Numbered from the whole stretch's first letter, positions 12,006-24,244 are shown. The stretch is 63,818 nt of DNA, filler included, from Octopus bimaculoides (GCF_001194135.2; 9 parts of 9 records of this genome joined end to end with filler, not necessarily neighbours in it), one strand, 5' to 3'. Numbers and translations: made by a program. Notes: a model not told the origin generated them from the sequence alone.

Positions 12006-12054
<49 letters not shown>

Positions 12055-12261
12055 GGTGGTGAGGGTGTTAAGTAGACAAAATTGGCCCACAGGTTATTTT
12101 TCCCATTGTTTTCCAAGCAGTAGTTGAACCGATTTTTTATTGGTTGCAGATTACAACGCAGATATATTTTTGGATTAAGACAGACAATAGTCACATTAAA
12201 CAGGAAAGGTGGTACTCCAGCATGGGCTTGGCTATGTTCAATATATATATATATATATATA

Positions 12262-12361
12262 NNNNNNNNNNNNNNNNNNNNNNNNNNNNNNNNNNNNNNN
12301 NNNNNTTAATTAATTAANNNNNNNNNNNNNNNNNNNNNNNNNNNNNNNNNNNNNNNNNNNN
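12262..12361. other. Artificial scaffold spacer N44-TTAATTAATTAA-N44 (same 12-mer also at 19733, 51423, 52614, 56990, 59109, 60618, 62532)
   Basis: The identical 12-mer gives stops in all six frames and sits in the middle of 100-bp gaps. Confidence 0.92.
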
Positions 12362-12363
12362 AG

Positions 12364-12742
12364 GTGAATGACAAGGACCTTTTTGTGTGCACAGTCTGTG
12401 ACAGACCATGTCTGTCCTTGGCTGGCCTCAAATCTCACCTGCGAACCCATGGAAAACAAACCTCATCCAGCTATTCTGATTATATGTCTGTGCACACGTT
12501 TGAATGTGGTGTGTGCCAGAGGGTTTGCAAATCCAATGGAGGTCTTAAAAGACATGTTAGGATCCACAATGAGCAGAACTTACTTGCAGGTATTGGTAGT
12601 GTAAATCAGAGGTGCAATCTGTGTGGGTGTTTTTTCAAAACACTGTCTGGTTTAAAAAGCCACATCTGATGCCATTAAAGGGCTAAGGTGTAGGTGCAGG
12701 AGGTGGTCAAACTCTGTTTAAGGAGTAGACAACCACCATATA
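12364..12742 (+). mobile_element. Three C2H2 zinc fingers plus short 3'UTR; probable 3' end of an RTE-clade LINE (alternative: zinc-finger gene fragment)
   Basis: CTVC..PC.SLAGLKSHLRTH, CGVC..VCKSNGGLKRHVRIH and CNLC..FFKTLSGLKSHI*CH, with no TGEKP linkers. The end GGAGTAGACAACCACCATATA runs into a TA/TG tract. The 5' side is lost in the gap. Confidence 0.65.
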
Positions 12743-14029
12743 ATAGTATATATATGTGTGTTTGTGTGTATGCATGTATGTTTATATACTGACACATGTA
12801 CACAAACTGAAGCATACACACATATTCATGTATGTGTGTGTGTGCGTGTATTTATATATCTATATTCATCGAAGAGGAAAAAAAAATCAAATAAGACATT
12901 GATGAACGGGTAGGTAAATGATATTTCTCAGTACTGTACTTATCTTTTCTCCACCCGAATCAGTATTCATAAAAGTAACCCCAATCTTCTAATCGCCGCT
13001 AGAATACACACAGAACATTTATCTATAGAGAAATCGATTATTTTTCCATATATATGAAAATATTTGCATTCCTTTATAAAAGATCATGAATTTTGAGATG
13101 TGGGTAAAAATATATACGAAGCTGTTTTTTTTTCTCTCTGTTTTTATTGTTTGTGTTCACCCTTTTAGCGATTTGGGTACTTATGTAAATAGCCTTTTGA
13201 ATCTAAAAACTTCCAAGTATTAAATAACCATTCCGATCGATTTTCAGCGACAGTGATCCTAAATTGTTGAATTCTTCAACCAAATAAAATCTGCTGATGA
13301 TAATGTAAAACTCTTATTTCAGACAAGTACACACAACCAGATTCGAAAAGTGGCTTTAAAGAAAGTATTTCTTCATTTCTTTTCGAGATGTTTCACTTTT
13401 AAATAGATGCAAGATTCAAGTCAATTTCATACATCACGCCAAGCCGATTGGTGAAGAAATTTATCATTTCTCTTGTTCATGGCCGACCAAGATATTTTTA
13501 TAGTTTTCTTACTTAATCAATGATTTATTGCAGTTGGTTGGCTTAAAAAAACCCCGAAGAAGCGAGGTTAAAAAAAGAAAATGATAGAATAAATTACACC
13601 AACTGCATATTTGCTGCCGCCGTGATATGTTGTCGACGTAAGTCGTTTAGTTATAAAACTTAGTAGTTCCGTTCTTAAATATCTGTGATAGTTTATATGA
13701 CAAGGTGTTGGCCGACAAGAAAAGGAAACCAGAAAAATAGTTTTAATGGCTGTTATTCGATGGTTTGCAGCTAACTTTTAGCTCAGATATTTCTAGAGTA
13801 TTCACTATTCCGTAGCGGAGAAAGTATAAACCTTGTTTAAGATCACACTTATTATTGATAGCAACAGCCCGACGTTTTCGTAATCATTAAATATCCAGGA
13901 TATGCTAATAAACGACATCAGTATGTCAGGTGCAACGTTATAATGATACAAACAAGTGAAAAGAAGCCGAGGACCAAAAACATTTCAAAGAATTCTTCAG
14001 TTAATTTATAAAGAATACAAAAACGAAAC

Positions 14030-14446
14030 TTTTACCTTTTACTTGTTTCAGCCATTAAGACAGCGGCTATGCTGGGGCACCGCCTTGAAGAAGTTTCAGT
14101 CGAATGAATCAATGCCATTACTTGTTTGTTTTTAAAGCCTGGTAGTTTATTTTACCGAACCGTTACGTTACAGAGATGTAAACACATCACCACCGGTTGT
14201 CAATCGGTGGCGGGTAACACACACAGACGTAAGGACACACACACACACACAACACACACAACACATTACACAGACACTTATACGACACGCTTCTTTCAGT
14301 TTCTTTCTACCAAATCCATTCACAAGTCTTTAGTCGATCCGAGGCTATAGTAGGAGACACTCTCCCAAAGTACCACGCAGTGGGACTGAACCCGGAACCA
14401 TGTAGTTTGCAAGCAAACTTCTTACCATACAGTTACAGCTGTGCCT
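14030..14446 (-). mobile_element. tRNA-derived CORE-type SINE (family B, OR2-like), full length
   Basis: Reverse complement: GGTAAGAAGTTTGCTTGC...GGTTCCGGGTTCAGTCCCACTGCGTGGTACTTTGGGAGAGTGTCT..., internal (TG)n, and tail CCCCAGCATAGCCGCTGTC...GAAACAAGTAAAAG. Confidence 0.85.
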
Positions 14447-14447
14447 A

Positions 14448-15495
14448 GAATAGAAGACCGTGCATGGATATGTAAGTTGAAAGCTCAGAGATGATGGTAA
14501 CATTGATCATCAAAGCAGTCTATCATGGATCAATAACCATATTTATAACTCCCACTTTGATGGATGTGCTTTTGCAATCCAGGTACAGGAAATATCAACC
14601 AAATACCTGATGCACAAAAGGGATAGGGATGTAGGAAAAGCAGTAAAATGTGACAACCGATGCAGACTTTGTGGCGTTAACACCGAAGATATCACTCACA
14701 GGATAAGCAGTTATCCGAAAATGTCATCACGGTATTACATGATGCTGTAGCTAGGACACTGTATAACGAGATCCATCGGACGGGTAACCCTGAGGACAAA
14801 GAAATAAAAACCTACAGTACGGTGGCAGCCATAGCTATTCATAATAAAAAGGAGTACTGGTGGAATGTCCCAGTGAAAACTACAATGAAATATAAACACA
14901 ATAGACTTGATACAATGATTTGGGACAGGGAAGAGTATAGTTGTGGAATTCAGCTGACCAGCAGATGTTAACTTAAAGCTGAAGATCAGTGAAAAAGAAT
15001 ATACTTATGCTGAACTAATGAGAAACCTGCAGTTACTCTATCCAGATTACAAGTTCAGGTCTAGAACTGGGATATGTAACACACTGCCTAAATACCAATC
15101 TTGAGAAATTAGACTTCTCAAAACCAGAAAGGAAAAAGCTAATTCGAAGACTACAGATCCAAGCCATCACTAGAACTGTAAAAATCTGTAAAACCTTCCA
15201 GAAGTTTAGCATTTATGTATATATGAACATGTCTAGATATGCAAATATATGCATGAGAATACATACATAAAACATACAAATCTGCATACATACATACATA
15301 CATACATACATACATACGCACGTACGTACATACATAGGTACATACATACATACATACATACATACATACATACATACATACCCTACTGTTGATGTTGAAA
15401 TTCCAATGTAGGAACCTTAGATCTAGGTCAGAAACCGGCTCTTTCTCTATTGGCAAGAAATCTTGAAATAAAACAATAATAACATACATACATAA
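14448..15495 (+). mobile_element. R4/Dong-type LINE 3' half, lineage 2, with (CATA)n in and after the 3'UTR
   Basis: TVHGYV, QEISTKYLMHKRD, CRLCGVNTEDITH, EYWWNVPVK, YAELMRNLQLLYPDYKF and LQIQAIT.TVKICKTFQKF. Then a (CATA)n array (about 15285-15380), about 110 bp of unique tail, and AATAAAACAATAATAA(CATA)n. Confidence 0.88.
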
Positions 15496-15497
15496 GT

Positions 15498-15895
15498 GAC
15501 GGGAGTAATCAAAAAGGTAATTCTAAAACGGACATGATCTCCATTGAATGAAATGAAAAGATGTTTCTTATTCGTCAGTCTGAGTCACGTGAAAAAAACT
15601 GCTAAACGACTTTTTCATCATTTTTTATTACTTGAAATTTGATGAAATTTTATTGCAGTCGAAAACCAGGGAGACCACTCTTATTTACTGCATCAGTCTT
15701 GTCCTCAAACAAGCAACTTTTACAACGCCTGTCAACCACTTTACAGTCGTATATCAGCCGTCGTCATATGAGTCGAACTGACTAATAAGAACTATACTTG
15801 TACTTAAAACAATGACAATTAGCATTGTTTAGAGGTTCGTGATCGACAGAAGCAAGTATAAAAAAAATGAACGTAACTTTTCTGGAATTTATAAC
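15498..15895 (+). mobile_element. Mariner 5' end (TIR + 5'UTR + start of transposase)
   Basis: TIR-like ACGGGAGTAATCAAAAAGGT, a mariner-type 5'UTR (ACAGTCGTATATCAGCCGTCGTCAT) and ATGAACGTAACTTT as a likely transposase start. Confidence 0.55.
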
Positions 15896-15904
15896 CAACA
15901 ATGA

Positions 15905-16020
15905 CCTATTGGTTAGGATGTTGGCCTCATGATCATAAGATTATGAGTTCAATTTCTGCACCAGGTGGCGTGCAGTGTCCATAAACAAGGCGCTGCATTT
16001 CACGTTGCTGCAGCTTGCTG
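15905..16020 (+). mobile_element. Degenerate tRNA-derived SINE head (family D)
   Basis: TGGTTAGGATGTTGGCCTCATGATCATAAG...GAGTTCAAT...GTGTCC..AAACAAGGCGCT..ATTTCACGTTGCT; matches the reverse complement of 34590-34700. Confidence 0.55.
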
Positions 16021-16255
16021 GTACGACTCTCTCTTCCTCCAGTTGTTACATCATCCTTATTCTGTTTGATGAAGAGTGGGACAGTCGGGAAGGTGTCTAC
16101 ATCTGACCATCACTATATAGACTCTTAAAACAAATTAGCGAAGCATGTTATCTGCTACCAAGTCATATTCGCTTGCAAGTGACGGCCATGCTGCAATCAA
16201 CAGATGAGCAGATAAGATGTTATGTTTTTTAACATTATGGAATAACAATAAGGCA

Positions 16256-16466
16256 GAGAGAGGCTGGCAGAATCGTTAGCGCGCCGGACAAAAAGCTTAG
16301 AGGCATTTCATCCGTCTTTACGCTCTGAATTCAAATGCCCCCGAGGTCGACTTTGCCTTTCATCCTTTCGGGGGATAAAATAAGTACCAGTCATATACTG
16401 GGGTCGATGTAATCGACTTAGACCCCTCTGCCCGAAGTTGCTAGCCTTTTACCAAAAGTTGGAATC
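16256..16466 (+). mobile_element. Nin-core SINE (family A)
   Basis: GCTGGCAGAATCGTTAGCGCGCCGG...GAATTCAAATGCCCCGAGGTCGACTTTGCCTTTCATCCTTTCGGGGGATAAAATAAGTACCAG. Confidence 0.85.
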
Positions 16467-17089
16467 AACGTTGTAGGATAAATATATTCCCTAATTTTGG
16501 AAGAAAGGAAATGAATTTAATTCTGAAAATTTGACTGAGATTTATGAGTGATGATGGAGTATATTGTTTATAAAGAGATGAAGATGAGAATAATTATTCA
16601 AAAGTTATATAAAAATGACATTATATTGGACGAAATGTTAAACGTCTAATTAGCAAAAGAAAACGAGCGCTGATTCTGTTTCACTTCTTATTATTGTAGG
16701 TTAATTACCGGATTAACTAATCAGTTGCTTGATTAACTTTGGGATCAATAATATGCTTTCGATACTCTAGGTCTATCTCATCCTCTTCAAACTGCTTTAA
16801 ATTTCTATTTTAATTAATTATAGAATTAACTACGCGTTATGCCAATTTAATCTAGTTCTATTAGAATATATATTTATATCATAGGTGGAGTTTGGGGTTA
16901 ATTTATAGAGTTGAACATCTAAAGAGCATTAACAGCATTTTGATTAAAGCACATCAGTCTATATATGTCAAAGGTGTTAATGAAAAGTCTTTTAAAACTC
17001 AATAAATTGTTAAAGCTGCACGATATTTGTTGCAAAATTTTGATTAATGATGATGATGATGATGATGACGATGACGAAGATAATATTAA

Positions 17090-17330
17090 TTTTAAAAAAT
17101 AATGAGAAAAGCCAGACGTGCGTATAACCGTGCTAAAATGAAGGTGAAAATAAATCACTTGGTATGTATGGATGATGTCAAACTGAACACAACAAATGGA
17201 AAAAGACACGGATTCTCTAATTCAAACAGTAAGAATACTTAGTAAGGATATTGGCATGCAATTTGCAGATAAGTGTGCAGCTTCCATTACGAAGAGTGGC
17301 CGAAAGATATCACAAGACGATATCATTAAA
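17090..17330 (+). mobile_element. R4/Dong RT core fragment
   Basis: KINHLVCMDDVKL...DSLIQTVRILSKDIGMQF..KCA. Confidence 0.75.
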
Positions 17331-17624
17331 TCGCAGAAAAGTTATGAAAAATATAAATACATATGAATGCTGAGGGAAATAAAACAATAGAAAGAGAAAT
17401 GAGAGGGAAAATTTCCAAAGAGTCAAAGAATCCGGAAGGCGTTCGAAATAAATCTAAATGGAGCGAGTATTCTTTCCAAAGTAATAAATACATGGGCCTC
17501 GTTAGTATTACGATACAAAACCTTGATTCTAAAGCAGACAAAGACACAGCAGAAATTAGATGGCTATCAGGAACACAACAATTGAAAATAAAGAGCGTCT
17601 GTGCCAAAAGTTGAGAGAGGAATG

Positions 17625-17840
17625 GAGTAAAATTGCACCCAGCACTTGCAAGAAACTAGTCGATTCAATGCCCAACCGTATAAAAACGGTAATTGATGCT
17701 AAAAGAGGGTCAACCAGATATTAAAAATAATGTATATTGTGAAATATACCATAATCTACCATGTGCACGAGTTTCATTAACACTGAGATAGCAGAACTCC
17801 AAAACATTGAGGTGGCCTAATACTTTTGGCCAAGACTGTA
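17625..17840 (+). mobile_element. Tc1 transposon 3' end with TIR
   Basis: CKKLVDSMPNRIKTVIDAKRGSTRY* (Tc1 C-terminus), then TIR GGTGGCCTAATACTTTTGGCCAAGACTG plus TA at 17839-17840. Confidence 0.85.
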
Positions 17841-18240
17841 TGTGGTTGAGTCGTTCTGTTGATTGATGCATTCACCTTAGTATACGCTTCTATTCACATA
17901 AGAATCTCTCATGGAGACTTTTTGGAATGTCTTACAAGTCTTCACTTTGCCACTGATAAATTGGATTTTGAGAATCTGCGTCAGTTTGTTTTGCTTTTTT
18001 TCCCGTGAAACTGAGTATTTCTAGATTTTTTTCTGCAAATTTGTAGGTACATAATCTAATACAATTATGGTGATAGGTACAAATAAGAATTTATAATCAG
18101 AGTAGGAGAGCTGTAAGTTCCGCTTTAATTCGCCATAAATGTTTTCTTTTAGCTTTTGATTGTAGATCCACACCCGTTGTGCAGCTGACCTCCGGGGCAG
18201 AGCATGACTTTCGTTCTCAGTCCACGGAACAATATCAGAC
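17841..18240 (-). mobile_element. R4/Dong lineage-2 3' fragment, cut by the Tc1 insertion
   Basis: YGELKRNLQLSYSDYKFLFVPITI..LDYVP; its 3'UTR GAGATTCTTATGTGAATAGA...CTCAACCACA matches 8411-8490. Confidence 0.8.
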
Positions 18241-18356
18241 ATTTATTGCGGCTGTTTCACCAGTATTTCTTGTTTTTTAAAGGTGCAAATATATCTGTTT
18301 TCTGGTGTGCCTTTGATGTATACGTCATAATTCATCATCTCTTAAATATAGAACGG

Positions 18357-18481
18357 AACTTATTCTTTGTAAGCCTAGTACTTATTCTATCGACCTCCTT
18401 TGCCGAACCGCTAAGTTACGGGGACGTAAACACACCAACATCGGTTGTCAAGCGATGTTGGGAGGACATACACGGACACAC

Positions 18482-18527
<46 letters not shown>

Positions 18528-18690
18528 ATGATGGGCTTCTTTCAGTTTCCATCTGCTAAATCAGTTTCCATCTACAAATCCCGAGGCTATAGTAGAAGAC
18601 ACTTGCCCAAGATGTCACGCAGTGGAACTGAACCCGGAACCATGTGGCTGGTAAGCAAGCTACTTACGACACAGCCATTCCTGCGCCTAT
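18357..18690 (-). mobile_element. CORE-type SINE (family B) with internal (TCTA)n
   Basis: GGCTATAGTAGAAGACACTTGCCCAAG...GAACCCGGAACCATGTGGCTGGTAAGCAAGCTACTTAC.ACACAGCC. Confidence 0.9.
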
Positions 18691-18721
18691 ATATATATTT
18701 GATTAATTTCATGCCTCAGGG

Positions 18722-18772
<51 letters not shown>

Positions 18773-19640
18773 ACACATAAGTGAGCTTGGAAGAATATAT
18801 TATTCGGGTGAAGACGGTATTAGCTCAGTTACGTTCCAGTTAATGGCTAACCACAACGATCAGTATCTAACGTCTGCGACTACATTTTCTTGTTAGCCGC
18901 TCTGTTAATTCTTCTGATGTGTAATTCCGTGTTCTCTTTGCTGGACAGTAAAAATTGTCTGGAGTGTATATTAATATTTATAATAATAAAGAGTATGGAG
19001 ACCTGTGCCTCCATAAAGTTTATTTTATAATTATATGCAGCATATCATAATGACCTACACGTGTGTCCGCGGCAGTGACTACTCTCTGTTGCAAATGCAG
19101 CCTTGCAACATTGCTGGTGCAGCTTCATCAGGCTCCGTCCATTCAGTAACTCTCCAAGTGAACTGATTGAAGTAAATTTTTGTTAGTGTTTATGGGATTT
19201 GCGGATGTTGTTCATAGGTTCGTGCTGCAGACCTCAACTTTACTCCAAAAGATGTATGAATACAAAATATATGAATTCGTGGATGTGGGTATGTCATTGG
19301 CTGTATGGGTGTGTGCGTGTATATGTATCTATGTGTGTGAGTGCGTGTGCGTTAGTGCCTGTTACATACGCGTGCACGCACAAATATATTTAGGGTGCAA
19401 GTATCGGTGCGTGTGTGAGTGTGTGTATATATATGCTTTTGTTCTTTCATCTTCAAAATTTTTAAAATTTTTGATATGCATAATGATGTGTGTGTGTGGA
19501 GTTAAAATACCAAGTTGGTGTCCGGTGCGGAATAGCTTACCTCATGCGATGGAAACTTCTGAACAGAAATCCTGAAGTCTGCTGTTCGTCAGTCTCTTGA
19601 CAGACTTACATCTACTGTTGCTATATGTCGTATATATATC

Positions 19641-19688
<48 letters not shown>

Positions 19689-19788
19689 NNNNNNNNNNNN
19701 NNNNNNNNNNNNNNNNNNNNNNNNNNNNNNNNTTAATTAATTAANNNNNNNNNNNNNNNNNNNNNNNNNNNNNNNNNNNNNNNNNNNN

Positions 19789-19825
<37 letters not shown>

Positions 19826-19858
19826 ATGTATCAGGAGGTAATATTAAACTGGAAGATA

Positions 19859-20052
19859 AGGCGGCGAGCTGGCAGAATCGTTAGCAAGCGGCGCAAAATG
19901 CTTAGCAGTATTGTCTTTACGTTCTGAGTTCAAACTCCGCAAGGGTTGACTTTGCCTTTCATCCTTTCGAGGTCGATAAAATGAGTACCAGCTAATCACT
20001 GACTGACACTTACCCCCCATATTTGCTGGCCCTGGGCCAATGTTTGGAATCA
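19859..20052 (+). mobile_element. Nin-core SINE (family A)
   Basis: GGCGGCGAGCTGGCAGAATCGTTAGC (A-box-like), GAGTTCAAACTCC (B-box-like) and GCCTTTCATCCTTTCGAGGTCGATAAAATGAGTACCAGC. Confidence 0.9.
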
Positions 20053-20399
20053 ATATTCGAGTACTCACGGATGTGTTAAAATCTGAATTGATGTGTTAAA
20101 ACTGCTGAATTGCAAATATTACACAAAGAGAAAGTTGAATTTCAATTAAAAGTATGGTGGACAGTTATGATTCTGAACATAAAATTTTATTTCTTGAAAG
20201 TAGTTGCTCGTAATCTGTAATTTTATTATCTCAATATCTTTTGATATTAACATCAGTTATTTTGTGATTCTTGATGAATTCATCTCTTAAATTAATAAAA
20301 TATTTGAGTTATTTTTGACAGGAGAGACTCCTTGATATCTGAGCCACTCAGCCTACATCTCTGCATTGAGAGATCTTAGATCCGGTGCTACGGGACACG

Positions 20400-20572
20400 T
20401 GATTAAAATGTTGTACCCTTTCGCCACAGCTTTCTCTCACTCTTTCTTCCTGTTTCTTGAGTAACGCTGCGATGGTCTGGTGTCCCGACAAGCTGGGGGG
20501 AACACATACTCCACGTAAACCGGGAAATCGGGCCCATGAGCCTGGCTAGGCTTGAAAAGGGTGCATAAATAA
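20400..20572 (+). mobile_element. SINE 3' half (family D tail)
   Basis: GAGTAACGCTGCGATGGTCTGGTGTCCCG...AAACCGGGAAATCGGGCCC matches the reverse complement of 34485-34565. Confidence 0.65.
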
Positions 20573-21672
20573 CAGAATATACATTATAATCTGAACTAGA
20601 ATAATAAATTTTGATAGTTTGGTAAAATTCTGCCTTGGATACTGACGACAAATTAAGCTGGCGACGAATTGATTGTCATAGGGCTGAGAAAGTACATAAA
20701 GTATGAAAAATAGATGAGAGGTCGCGGTTGGAATACCTTTCGTTATGAGAGATTCTTTCGAACAGGGCTAGTCTGGTTCTAAGCTGCTATAACATGAAAA
20801 TAATTCGAACATCTAGGACAGTTTTGACCAAACTGGAATTGAATTACTTGCCAAAATTATTGACTCCAATACAAAAATACATATTTATCTCAATCTCTGT
20901 TCTAATCAAATCATGAAACTGTGTTCCAATTTCCAAAATACTGCACTTCTTTTAATTCTTAACGCAAATTAAATTATGACTGCTTGTGACATGATAAGCA
21001 TGAACTCTTAAAACGTTTAAAGAAAAAAGAATTAAATTATGATATCAGAAACCATTTTTTTTCTGATATCACAGGCTCTAATGCACACCGTTCTTCAAGT
21101 TGTCTTTAGATGTTTCTGGAATTTAGCTTTGATTTCAAGATCTATATATAGCACTCAAGTCTGTGGATTTTATTAGCCAAAACAATGTTACGATATCATG
21201 ATTTTCCAATTAATTACACATAACCTTCTCCTCCTCCTTCTCCTCCTCCTTCTCCTCCTCCTTCTCCTCCTCCTCCTCCTCCTCATCATCATCATCACCA
21301 CGACCACCNNNNNNNNNNNNNNNNNNNNNNNNNNNNNNNNNNNNNNNNNNNNNNNNNNNNNNNNNNNNNNNNNNNNNNNNNNNNNNNNNNNNNNNNNNNN
21401 NNNNNNNNNNNNNNNNNNNNNNNNNNNNNNNNNNNNNNNNNNNNNNNNTGCCAAAGTAAAATTTGGGATTTATGGAGGGTCAAAGTTGGGGACAAAAACA
21501 GGACAGTGGAGACATACAAGGAAACCGAACGAAAACAAACATGGAGGGTCGTTAGACCAGAACGAGGGTAAAATAGCGAACGCTGGAGAAATATTTTCTT
21601 TGACGAGAGAAGAGATAGAAGAGAGAGATAGGATACGTGCTGTCCTTAAGATAGTCCATATATATATATGTA

Positions 21673-21708
<36 letters not shown>

Positions 21709-21713
<5 letters not shown>

Positions 21714-21872
21714 CGGGATTCTTTCAGTTTCTGTCTACTAGATCCACTCACAAGGTTTTGATCGACCGTGGGCTATAGTAAAAGACACTTTCTCAAGGTG
21801 CCACGTAGTAGAATTGAATCCAGAACCATCTGATCGGGGAACAAGCTTCTTATCATACAGCCACACCTGCGC
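21709..21872 (-). mobile_element. CORE-type SINE (family B) 5' half
   Basis: CTTTCAGTTTCTGTCTACTAGATCCACTCACAAGG...AAGACACTTTCTCAAGGTGCCACGTAGT...ATACAGCCACACCTGCGC. Confidence 0.85.
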
Positions 21873-23370
21873 ATTATTTTTTATTGACGTTACAGAAGCT
21901 GTTGTTTTGTGGTTGTGAAGTAGGTCAACACGGCGGTAAATTTGCTGTGAATAAAGCCGAATCCTGTGATTTTCTTTTCTTAGTCACATGTAGATTGACG
22001 GCGCCTATGACCATTTTCACGTTTCCAAGACTATTGGGAGTAAATGAAAAAAACATTCTCACACAGGAAACTTCTTTAGAGCTTTTGCAGTAGAGTGTAC
22101 ACCATTAACTTCACACAAGAATTAGTCATAGGTAGGAACAGTAGCTTTGATGAGTATCAGCATTATTTTCATCTACCATCTACTACGATGGTTTTGGTTC
22201 ACCCAGGGTTGTAATAGAAGATACTCAATGTGACGTGCAGTTGGATGGATCGAGACCAAAAAAACGTGTTTACTAAGCGAATTTCTTAACCATAGCCGTG
22301 TTTGCACACATCATCTATAATCTCTTCTCACGTATTTCTTTCTTCATGCACACTTTGTTTGGATGGTTTCAGACTATCTTTCTTGAAACTGCTGGGTGTA
22401 GGTGCAAGCTATTCTGTGAATAGTGCTGAATGGAATGTCTAATTATTCTTCTTTTGTCTCTAAATTAATTACCCTGCAACTATGAATTTTATCCGAAAGT
22501 GAAACAATTCTTTGGTGAGCGATAAAGGAGACAGATACGAATTGTCGATATATAAATTTGCAAATTGAACTAGCTTTGAACATATTTTATCATATTGTAA
22601 CACCTCCACGTTTTGCAAACAACAAAACCATTAACCAAGAGCTCAATAACACTTGCAACTATCTTCCTCCCAATAACTACCCTCTAAAACCGAATTGCAT
22701 AGCTAAGGATACCGGGTACAAATGCTTAGTTATTTCTAACAACAACTCAAAATCCATTTAAATGAATTTAAATCAGGATTTTATCCGCATACGTATACAT
22801 TTAAGAAACACGAGAGAAGCAAATTTCGTTGGCTTCATACATTTGATCGTTAAAAGAAAATTCAATACCATATCGTCTTAAAAGAAGTATAGGTGTACAG
22901 TAAAAGCATATAAGAGGAATGATAACTCATACAAGCTTTGTTCCTACAGATAGCTACCATATCTTTATTACTAAAACATCCATTTCTCAACAACTTCCGA
23001 ACTGCATTCAGAGAAAAATCTAAGTTTCATGCATTTTACAAACCAACAACCTTGTCGCACCACCAATAATGGCTATATCTCTGTATGCATAGTTGTATCT
23101 GATAGTCGGTTTCTACGTTATTATTTCCGTTATTCCATTCCTCACAATTTAACCGACTACATTTTCATTTTATGTTCGTTTAATTCTGAATCGATATTCT
23201 CAAGAGTACTAATGAAACAGTGCAAACACCTCGAAAATGTCGGTTCTATGGAATAAAAAGTTCGTTTACTCTGTGGATATGGTGTACTGAGTGCTTTCTA
23301 CTCGACAGCGGATACTTCTGTTTTCAACAATAAATTCTTAAGTTTATCCATCCATCCACCTATCCATACG

Positions 23371-23413
<43 letters not shown>

Positions 23414-23618
23414 TTTTTTTCTCGATCCCTTTTGATCGAACTCCCCCCTTTTCCTTCCTACGATCCCTTTTGATCGACCCCCCTTTTTTTCCCTTCCCCC
23501 TCCCAAAAAGAAAAGCTCTACATTGTATTTGTCCCATCTTCGTTGAGCCCTGTGTGGCTAATAAAAGAAATGTATCTATCTATCTATCTATCTATCTATC
23601 TCTCTATCTATCTATCTA

Positions 23619-23679
<61 letters not shown>

Positions 23680-23752
23680 CTACCTGTCTGTCTGTCTATT
23701 ATATGCATATAAATGTGTATATATATATATATACGTATATGTACGTATATAT

Positions 23753-24135
23753 GTGGAGGCGCAATGGCCCAGTGGTTAGGGCAGCGGACTCGTGGTCATA
23801 GGATCGCGGTTTCGATTCCCAGACCGGGCGTTGTGAGTGTTTATTGAGCGAAAACACCTAAAGCTCCACGAGGCTCCAGCAGGGGATGGTGGCAAACCCT
23901 GCTGTACTCTTTCACCACAACTTTCTCTCTCTCTTACTTCCTGTTTCTATTGTGCCTGTAATTCAAAGAGTCAATCCTGTCACACTGTGTCACGCTGAAT
24001 ATCCCCGAGACCCACGTTAAGGGTACACGTATCTGTGGAGTGCTCAGCCATTTGCACATTAATTTCACGAGCAAGCTGTTCCGTTGATCGGATCAACTGG
24101 AACCCTCAACGTCGTAAGCGACGGAGTGCCAATAA
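23753..24135 (+). mobile_element. tRNA-derived SINE, about 380 bp (family C), near-intact
   Basis: GGAGGCGCAATGGCCCAGTGGTTAGGGCAGCGGACTCG (A box), GGTTTCGATTCCC (B box) and tail GTTCCGTTGATCGGATCAACTGGAACCCTC..CGTCGTAAGCGACGGAGTGCC; a second copy lies at 62101-62482. Confidence 0.9.
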
Positions 24136-24244
24136 CATGCGTATATATATATATATATATATATATGTGTGGGTGTGGGTGGGGTTGAAACAGCGTGTGT
24201 ATGTTTGTGTGTGTTTTTGTATGTGTGTGTTTCTGTGTATGTAT

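Noticed and set aside
12306-12317. Recurring TTAATTAATTAA palindrome inside gaps (8 sites)
   Set aside because: Always centred in an N44-12-N44 block and gives stops in all six frames; it is an assembly spacer, not biology.
12364-12669. Member of the tandem TGEKP-type octopus C2H2 gene clusters
   Set aside because: No TGEKP linkers, an in-frame stop in finger 3, and a LINE-like 3' end; kept as a probable RTE tail instead.
13311-13370. Micro-exon candidates on + (also about 36495-36535 and 37750-37780)
   Set aside because: AG/GT pairs of this quality are expected by chance in AT-rich DNA; the peptides are unrecognisable.
18204-18896. 230-aa ORF, the longest gap-free one
   Set aside because: A chimeric read-through across a SINE, (TCTA)n and (CA)n; no protein-like motif.
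18780-18960. Possible Tc1 remnant on minus
   Set aside because: Only a weak W..V.F-like echo with no TIR; not supportable.
21450-21650. Protein-like frame (..LTREEIEERDRIRAVLK)
   Set aside because: No recognisable family, no splice signals, and bounded by a gap and a microsatellite.
23753-23830. tRNA-like sequence as a tRNA gene (also 62410-62482, 19859-19940, 34640-34710)
   Set aside because: A/B boxes are present, but each continues into a shared SINE body and lacks a clean cloverleaf and terminator.
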